From Thermoanaerobaculia bacterium (GTDB lineage Bacteria > Acidobacteriota > Thermoanaerobaculia > Multivoradales > Multivoraceae): a DNA stretch of 64,000 nucleotides. A program made the position numbers and the translations under genes. The stretch lies in contig OZ220688.1 of the NCBI GenBank assembly GCA_965116445.1, positions 2,639,654-2,703,653 of the forward strand, given 5' to 3'. This document shows, in pieces, positions 58,377-64,000 of the stretch. The notes below the pieces were generated by a model, which was not told the origin of the DNA, searched no databases, and saw only the letters and a list, made by a program, of their open reading frames with translations. Position 1 is the first letter of the stretch. Each line of letters opens with the position of its first letter.

Positions 58377-59870
58377 TCAGTAGCGACCGCGCGACAGCGT
58401 CCGGCGGTGCACGCCCAGCAGTTTGGCTGCGGCGCTCTTGTTGCCCCCGGTCAGCCCGATGACCCTCCGCACGTGGCGGCGCTTGACCGTCTCCAGGTCG
58501 AGTGGTTCGGGGCCCTGCGATCCCGCGGCGGCGCCTCCGATCAGCGATTGAACCAGCGACCCGTCGACGACGCCGTCGGCCAGTGACGCCGCGCCCTCGA
58601 CGATGTTCTGAAGCTCCCGCACGTTGCCCGGATAGTCGTGCGCCAGGAGGAGGTTCAGGGCGCCGCGACCGAACTGGGGCAGTTCCACCGCCTCCCGGTC
58701 GCAGAAGCGCTCGGCGAAGTACCGCACCAGGTGCGGGATGTCCCGGCGACGCTCGCGCAGCGGCGGCAGCTCGACGCTGATCCCCTTCAGCCGGTAGTAC
58801 AGGTCCTCCCGGAAACGGCCTTCCGCCACGAGTTGCTCGAGCGGCTGGTGGGTCGCGGCGACGACCCGCGTGTCCACCGGGATTGCCTGGTGGCCGCCGA
58901 CGCGAACGATCTCCCGCTCCTGGAGAGCCCGCAGCAGCTTGACCTGCGAAGCGACATCGAGGTCGGCCACTTCGTCGAGGAAGAGCGTGCCTTTGTCGGC
59001 CAGTTCGAAGCGACCCAGCCGCGCCCGCACGCCGGTGGCCACGCCCCCCTCGATCCCGAACAACTCGCTCTCCAGCAGGCTCTCGGGGAGCGCGGCGCAG
59101 TTGACCGCGACGAGCGGGCCCGAGCGTTCGGAGCGCCGGTGCAGCAGCGCCGCCATGAGTTCCTTGCCGGTTCCGCTCTCGCCGCGCAGCAGGACGGTCA
59201 CGCTTCTCGGGGCGACGCGATCGATCACGTCCAGGATGCGCCGCATTGCCGGGGCGCGGGCCACGATCCGCTGGCCGCCGACCTCCGCCAGGTCGTCCAG
59301 ACGGTCCTTCAGCAGCTTGTTCTCCTCGGCCAGACGTTCACGTGAAACGACGAGGCGCTCCACCTGACGCAAACCGTCCAGGGCGACGCCCGCCAACGCC
59401 GCGACGGACCGGAGAAAGCGCCGGTCTCCACGACTGAAACCCGGCTTGCCGGCGCCGCGCGCTTCCTTGTCGAGCACCGCGACGAAGCCGAGCAGGGAGT
59501 CGCGCGATTTGAGCGGCGCCGCGACGAGAGAGCGGAACTCACGGTCCGCCAGCTTGCCGCCGGACCGCGTCACGGTCTCGTCCCGGGCCAGCAGGTCGTG
59601 CCACAGGGGGCCGGCCAGGAGCGTCTCGGCCGACGGCGGCCGGCCGCCGAATCCGACCGTGGCAGCGGTGCGAGCGACGCCGAAGCGGTCCCGGGTCACC
59701 GCGGCGGCGGCCGCCGGATCGACCACCGTACACACTCTCTGGAGGAGATCGTCGAGCAGACCCTGCTCCGACTCGTGGGAGTGGAGCGCGACGACCAGGT
59801 CGTAGAGCGTCTCGAGCTGCAGGCGCTGGCGGCGACCGGCCAGGTCCGAGGGTGGGTTCGGCGCGACCAT
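58377..59870 (-). CDS. sigma-54-dependent transcriptional activator (GAF sensor, AAA+ sigma-54 interaction domain, Fis-type HTH)
   Basis: GESGTGKE Walker A, the GAFTGA-equivalent ESELFGIEGG, DEV Walker B, and the C-terminal HTH (AAAKLLGVHRRTLSR). Confidence 0.85.
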   Translation of the reverse strand: MVAPNPPSDLAGRRQRLQLETLYDLVVALHSHESEQGLLDDLLQRVCTVVDPAAAAAVTRDRFGVARTAATVGFGGRPPSAETLLAGPLWHDLLARDETVTRSGGKLADREFRSLVAAPLKSRDSLLGFVAVLDKEARGAGKPGFSRGDRRFLRSVAALAGVALDGLRQVERLVVSRERLAEENKLLKDRLDDLAEVGGQRIVARAPAMRRILDVIDRVAPRSVTVLLRGESGTGKELMAALLHRRSERSGPLVAVNCAALPESLLESELFGIEGGVATGVRARLGRFELADKGTLFLDEVADLDVASQVKLLRALQEREIVRVGGHQAIPVDTRVVAATHQPLEQLVAEGRFREDLYYRLKGISVELPPLRERRRDIPHLVRYFAERFCDREAVELPQFGRGALNLLLAHDYPGNVRELQNIVEGAASLADGVVDGSLVQSLIGGAAAGSQGPEPLDLETVKRRHVRRVIGLTGGNKSAAAKLLGVHRRTLSRGRY

Positions 59871-59898
59871 AGCTCTTCTCGGTTCGCCCCGGTCCTCT

Positions 59899-62745
59899 TC
59901 AGGAAGCCCTTCGCACCGGCGTACGAACCGCGAGCACCTTGCCCAGAAAGGCCCCGGTGTGGCTCTCGGGCGTGGCCGCGACCTGTTCCGGCGTGCCCGC
60001 CGCGACGACGCGGCCGCCGGCGGCGCCGCCCTCGGGCCCCAGGTCGACGATCCAGTCCGCGTTCTTGATCACGTCCAGGTTGTGCTCCACGACGAGCACC
60101 GTATTGCCCCGGTCGACGAGCCGCTGCAGCAAACTGACCAGGCGCCGCACGTCGTCGAAGTGGAGCCCCGTCGTGGGCTCGTCCAGCAGATAGAGGCTGC
60201 GTCCGGTAGCTCGCTTCGAGAGCTCGGTCGCCAGCTTCACGCGCTGCGCCTCGCCGCCCGAAAGCGTCGTCGCGGGCTGGCCGAGCCGGATGTACCCGAG
60301 CCCCACCTCGTCCAGGGTCGAGAGGATGCGGTCGATCGCCGGTATGTTCGCGAAGAACCCGCGCGCGGTCTCCACGCTCATCGCCAGGATGTCCGCGATG
60401 TTCTTGCCCTTGTAGCGAACCTGAAGGGTCTCCCGGTCGTAGCGAAGCCCGCCGCAGACGTCGCAGGTGACGTACACGTCCGGCAGGAAGTGCATTTCGA
60501 TCTTGTTCTGGCCGTCGCCGGCGCAGGCCTCGCAGCGGCCCCCCTTCACGTTGAAGCTGAACCGGCCCGGCTTGTAACCGCGGGCCCGCGCCTCCGTCGT
60601 CTTCGCCATCAGGCCGCGAATCGCCGTGAACACGTTCGTGTACGTCGCCGGGTTCGAGCGCGGCGTCCGGCCGATGGGGCTCTGGTCGATCGCGATCACC
60701 TTGTCGAGATGCTCGAGTCCCTCGAGCCGGTCGTGGTCGCCGGCCGGGTCGGCGGCGCGGTAGAAGAACCGCGCCAGCGCCTTGTAGAGCACTTCGTTGA
60801 CCAGGCTGCTCTTGCCGGAGCCGGACACCCCGGTGACCAGCACGAGGCAGCCCAGCGGCAGGTCGACGTCGAGGTCCGCGAGGTTGTTCTGGCGCGCCCC
60901 GCGGATGCCGAGCCAGTTCCCGGTCCCCGGCCGTCTCGCCTCCGGCGCCGGCACTTCCGACTCGCCGCGGAGGTAGGAGGCGGTGAGCGAGCCCCTTGCC
61001 TTCTCCACCCTGGCCAGCGGCCCTTCCGCCACGACCTCGCCGCCGTGTTCGCCGGCCCGCGGCCCCAGATCGACGATCCAGTCGGCCTCGCGCATCGTTT
61101 CCTCGTCGTGTTCGACGAGCAGGACCGAGTTGCCGAGGTCCCGCATCTCCTTGAGCGTTCGCAGCAGCTTCGCGTTGTCCCGCTGGTGCAGGCCGATCGA
61201 GGGTTCGTCCAGCACGTAGAGCACGCCCTGGAGCTTGCTGCCAATCTGCGTCGCGAGCCGGATGCGCTGGCTCTCCCCGCCGGAGAGCGTGCCCGAGGCC
61301 CGGTCCAGGTTGAGGTAGCCCAGGCCCACATCCGCAAGGAAGGACAGTCGATCCTCGACCTCCTGGAGGATCTTGCCGGCGATCTGCCGTTCCTTCGCCG
61401 TCAGCCGCAGACCGCCGACGACGCGCTGCAGATCGCCGATCGGCATCGAGGTCACCTGGTCGATCGGCAGTCCGCCGACCGTCACCGCCAGGGCCTCCGG
61501 GCGCAGGCGGCGCCCCTCGCAGTCGCCGCAGGTGCGAACCGACATGTACTTCTCGATCTCGGTACGTACGCCCGCCGACTCCGTCTCGGAGTGACGGCGC
61601 CTGAGCATCGGCACGACGCCCTCGTAGCGGCCGCGCCACTGGTACGACGAACGCCGCCCCTTGATCTCGAACGCGATCTCGCGGCTGCCCGAACCGTAGA
61701 GCACGACCTGACGCGCTTCCTCCGGAAGCTCGCACCACGGCGTCGCGAGATCGAAGCCCATTTCGGCGGCGACGGTCCTGAGCATGCGCAGCCGCCAGGA
61801 TCTCGAGGTCGAAGGAAACGGCCGGAGCACGCCGGCCTTGATCGAGCGCCGCGGGTCGTCCAGGATGCGCTGTTCGTCGATCGCCATGGACGACCCCAGC
61901 CCGCTGCAGGAGGGACACGCGCCGTACGGACTGTTGAACGAGAAGAGCCGCGGCGAGATCTCCGCCAGGCTCGTGCCGCAGTCCACGCAGGCGTGGTGCT
62001 GCGACATCGTCTCCTCGGGCAGGCCCTGGGGCGCCACGACGAGCAGGCCCCGGCCGACTTCAAGCGCGGTCTCGAACGACGCCGCGAGCCGCTGCTCGAT
62101 GCCCGGCCGCACGACCAGGCGGTCGACCACGATCTCGATCGTGTGCTTCCGCTTCTTGTCCAGGGCCGGCAGGTCCTCCGAGAGCTCGACGAGCTCGCCG
62201 TCGATCCGGGCGCGCAGGAATCCTTCCCGGACCACCTGTTCGAGCTGACGGCGGTACTCGCCCTTCTTGCCCCGAACGTAGGGCGCCAGCAGCAGCAGGC
62301 GCGTGCCCTCCGGCATCGCGGCCACCCGATCGACCATCTGCTGCACGGTCTGGGGTCGGATCACCTTGCCGCACTCCGGGCAGTGGGGCACGCCGACCGA
62401 GGCGTAGAGCAACCGCAGGTAGTCGTGGATCTCGGTCACCGTGCCGACCGTCGACCTGGGATTGCGGGACACGGACTTCTGCTCGATCGAAATGGCGGGC
62501 GAAAGCCCGTCGATCGAGTCGACGTCCGGCTTCTCGACCTGGTGCAGGAACTGCCGGGCGTACGCCGACAGCGACTCGACGTAGCGGCGCTGCCCCTCCG
62601 CGAACAGGGTGTCGAAGGCGAGGGAGGACTTGCCGGAACCCGACACGCCGGTCACGACGACCAGTTGCTCGCGCGGGATCTCGACCGTGATGTTCTTCAG
62701 GTTGTGTTCCCGCGCGCCCCGAACGACGATCTTCTTGCCGCTCAC
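59899..62745 (-). CDS. uvrA: excinuclease ABC subunit A
   Basis: 948 aa, two ABC modules ([15 protein letters not shown]; [15 protein letters not shown]), zinc-finger cysteines and LSGGEAQR signatures. Confidence 0.95.
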   Translation of the reverse strand: MSGKKIVVRGAREHNLKNITVEIPREQLVVVTGVSGSGKSSLAFDTLFAEGQRRYVESLSAYARQFLHQVEKPDVDSIDGLSPAISIEQKSVSRNPRSTVGTVTEIHDYLRLLYASVGVPHCPECGKVIRPQTVQQMVDRVAAMPEGTRLLLLAPYVRGKKGEYRRQLEQVVREGFLRARIDGELVELSEDLPALDKKRKHTIEIVVDRLVVRPGIEQRLAASFETALEVGRGLLVVAPQGLPEETMSQHHACVDCGTSLAEISPRLFSFNSPYGACPSCSGLGSSMAIDEQRILDDPRRSIKAGVLRPFPSTSRSWRLRMLRTVAAEMGFDLATPWCELPEEARQVVLYGSGSREIAFEIKGRRSSYQWRGRYEGVVPMLRRRHSETESAGVRTEIEKYMSVRTCGDCEGRRLRPEALAVTVGGLPIDQVTSMPIGDLQRVVGGLRLTAKERQIAGKILQEVEDRLSFLADVGLGYLNLDRASGTLSGGESQRIRLATQIGSKLQGVLYVLDEPSIGLHQRDNAKLLRTLKEMRDLGNSVLLVEHDEETMREADWIVDLGPRAGEHGGEVVAEGPLARVEKARGSLTASYLRGESEVPAPEARRPGTGNWLGIRGARQNNLADLDVDLPLGCLVLVTGVSGSGKSSLVNEVLYKALARFFYRAADPAGDHDRLEGLEHLDKVIAIDQSPIGRTPRSNPATYTNVFTAIRGLMAKTTEARARGYKPGRFSFNVKGGRCEACAGDGQNKIEMHFLPDVYVTCDVCGGLRYDRETLQVRYKGKNIADILAMSVETARGFFANIPAIDRILSTLDEVGLGYIRLGQPATTLSGGEAQRVKLATELSKRATGRSLYLLDEPTTGLHFDDVRRLVSLLQRLVDRGNTVLVVEHNLDVIKNADWIVDLGPEGGAAGGRVVAAGTPEQVAATPESHTGAFLGKVLAVRTPVRRAS

Positions 62746-63275
62746 GGACCGCGCTCCTCAGGGCGCCCGAGGCCGGAAGAGCCTGAACCGTGCCGGCGGC
62801 GGCCCCGAAAGACCTCGCCGGCCTCCCGGTCGAGGGTCTTCTCGCGCTCCCGCTGGCGCTTGTCGTACAACTTCCTGCCCTCGGCCAGGGCCAGTTCGAC
62901 CTTGATCCGGTTCCCCTTCAGGTAGACGGACAACGGCACGACGGTCAGGCCCCGGTCCCGCGTGCGCCCGTACAGACGGTCGATCTCCCGCCGATTCAGA
63001 AGCAGGCGGCGCGGTCGGACCAGTTCGTGGTTCTCCCGGTTGCCATGGCTGTAGGCCGAGACGTGGGCGTCCAGCAGCCAGGCCTCGTGATCACGGAAGC
63101 CGACGTAACTCTCTCGCAACTGGATCTTGCCGCCACGAATCGACTTGACTTCCGTGCCCAGAAGTTCGATGCCCGCCTCGAAGCGCTCGAGAACCCGGTA
63201 CTCGCGCCTCGCCTTCCGGTTCACCGCCAGGGGCAGACCTTCGGCCGGTGACTGTCGCTTCGTGCGCTTGGCCAT
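62742..63275 (-). CDS. smpB: SsrA-binding protein SmpB, with an unusually long Arg/Gly-rich C-terminal tail
   Basis: [50 protein letters not shown]...[11 protein letters not shown] at 63273-63275; the stop overlaps the uvrA start. Confidence 0.9.
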   Translation of the reverse strand: MAKRTKRQSPAEGLPLAVNRKARREYRVLERFEAGIELLGTEVKSIRGGKIQLRESYVGFRDHEAWLLDAHVSAYSHGNRENHELVRPRRLLLNRREIDRLYGRTRDRGLTVVPLSVYLKGNRIKVELALAEGRKLYDKRQREREKTLDREAGEVFRGRRRHGSGSSGLGRPEERGP

Positions 63276-63552
63276 AGGGTTCCATTCTGCCAGCCCGTGC
63301 CAGAAGTGCGCGTGGCGCCGGGAGCGGCCGGACGCCCGCGAAGACCGCCCCGGGGTGAGCGACGGGGTGAGCGAAGTGTAACCCCTTGACAGGGAACCCC
63401 TTGCGGTCACGACGCCACAGAGATGTGGCAAAAACACCACACTTTGGACGACGAGAGGGCCGCCGCGAAACACCATGTCCCATCGAGGACCGTCCCGGGA
63501 ATCCCTTGCAGGCAAAGGGGATTCACAGGCGACGGCGCCGCTGCCGCCGCGG

Positions 63553-63568
63553 CTGGCACGATCCGTGC
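63553..63568 (+). promoter_or_regulatory. sigma-54 (-24/-12)-like motif TGGCACGATCCGTGCT upstream of lpxC
   Basis: GG and GC elements at the correct 10-nt spacing. It lies only ~16 nt from the first in-frame ATG, so it may be coincidental. Confidence 0.2.
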
Positions 63569-63583
63569 TCTATACCGTCGGCG

Positions 63584-64000
63584 ATGGGCAAGCGTGCGAA
63601 TGGAGGAAACGGTAACCGACGCCGTCTCTCCCGATCCGACAAGGCCCGTGACCGCCTCTTCCGGCAGCAGACGATCCGCCGGTCCACCGGGATCTCGGGC
63701 ACAGGCATTCACACCGGCAGGGAAACGACACTGCGCATTCTTCCAGCGTCGGCGGGGACCGGTATCCGGTTCCGCCGCACGGATGCCGGCAACGTCGAGG
63801 TCCGGGCCGACCTGAAGGACGTCAGTTCCCTTGAGCTGGCCACGACGCTCGGTCGCGACGACATCACCGTGTCGACCGTGGAGCACCTTCTCGCGGCCGC
63901 CTACGCCCTCGGCATCGACAACATGGTCGTGGAACTCGACGGTCCCGAGGTGCCGATCCTGGACGGTTCGGCGATGCCCTACGTGCTGCTCCTGCAGGCG
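63584..64000 (+). CDS. lpxC: UDP-3-O-acyl-N-acetylglucosamine deacetylase, N-terminal part (runs off window)
   Basis: Manual translation: ...RQQTIRRSTGISGTGIHTGRETTLRILPASAGTGIRFRRTD...STVEHLLAAAYALGIDNMVVELDGPEVPILDGSAMPYVLLLQA is the LpxC N-domain. First in-frame ATG at 63584; the start is uncertain. Confidence 0.7.
   Translation, partial: MGKRANGGNGNRRRLSRSDKARDRLFRQQTIRRSTGISGTGIHTGRETTLRILPASAGTGIRFRRTDAGNVEVRADLKDVSSLELATTLGRDDITVSTVEHLLAAAYALGIDNMVVELDGPEVPILDGSAMPYVLLLQA

Overview
This 64-kb window comes from a high-GC (~68-70%) bacterial chromosome. The high GC creates many spurious Arg/Pro-rich ORFs on the opposite strand or in other frames; I did not report those.

Real content, start to end:
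- 1-11.5 kb: a catabolic acyl-CoA cluster. It carries a partial ABC-type substrate-binding protein gene, MaoC-like dehydratase, acyl-CoA dehydrogenase, MmgE/PrpD, an AMP-dependent CoA ligase, an FAD monooxygenase, a luciferase-like monooxygenase, cytochrome P450 and an MBL-fold hydrolase.
- 11.5-20.4 kb: housekeeping genes (rsmA, rho, engB) together with a GGDEF protein, an O-antigen-ligase-like membrane protein, a DUF362 protein and a secreted hypothetical protein.
- 20.4-29.7 kb: the canonical tig-clpP-clpX-lon block with tRNA-Leu and tRNA-Lys upstream, then thiS, rsfS, nadD, obg, rpmA and rplU.
- 29.9-36.5 kb: a ~5.3-kb gene for a giant secreted protein (signal peptide, metzincin Zn-protease domain, Calx-beta-like repeats, cadherin domain, long Pro-rich linker, PKD domain, conserved Cys-containing C-terminal domain). 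It is broken by a +1 frameshift in a C6 homopolymer and sits immediately downstream of an orphan sensor histidine kinase.
- 36.6-41.2 kb: an ABC peptide-type transporter (substrate-binding protein plus two permeases, no ATPase) and queA.
- 41.2-44.9 kb: larB-larE (nickel-pincer cofactor biosynthesis), a membrane protein and gcvH-gcvT.
- 45.0-48.8 kb: a second large surface-type protein (unknown N-terminal beta-domain, Calx-beta repeats, Fn3, LamG-like domain, Ser/Pro linker, tandem C-terminal repeat domain) split over three reading frames and lacking a signal peptide.
- 48.7-55.3 kb: an M16 peptidase pair, a metallophosphoesterase, a DUF883 pair, tRNA-Ala, pcm and tldD/pmbA.
- 55.3-59.9 kb: a sigma-factor-less partner-switching module (RsbW-like kinase, STAS antagonist, GAF-PP2C phosphatase), a small membrane protein and a GAF-containing sigma-54 activator.
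- 59.9-64.0 kb: uvrA, smpB and the start of lpxC.

The most notable signals are listed below.
- Indel-type disruptions cluster in surface or secreted protein genes: at least four sites in ~10 kb of such genes, none in ~35 kb of housekeeping genes.
- Trigger factor carries a His-rich (HD/HS)n insertion encoded by a hexanucleotide tandem repeat.
- The histidine kinase and giant adhesin/protease genes are adjacent and co-oriented.
- The partner-switching and sigma-54 unit has no sigma factor gene.
- The intergenic region at 7.86-8.34 kb is structured and repeat-bearing.

I found no CRISPR array, transposase, integrase or rRNA.
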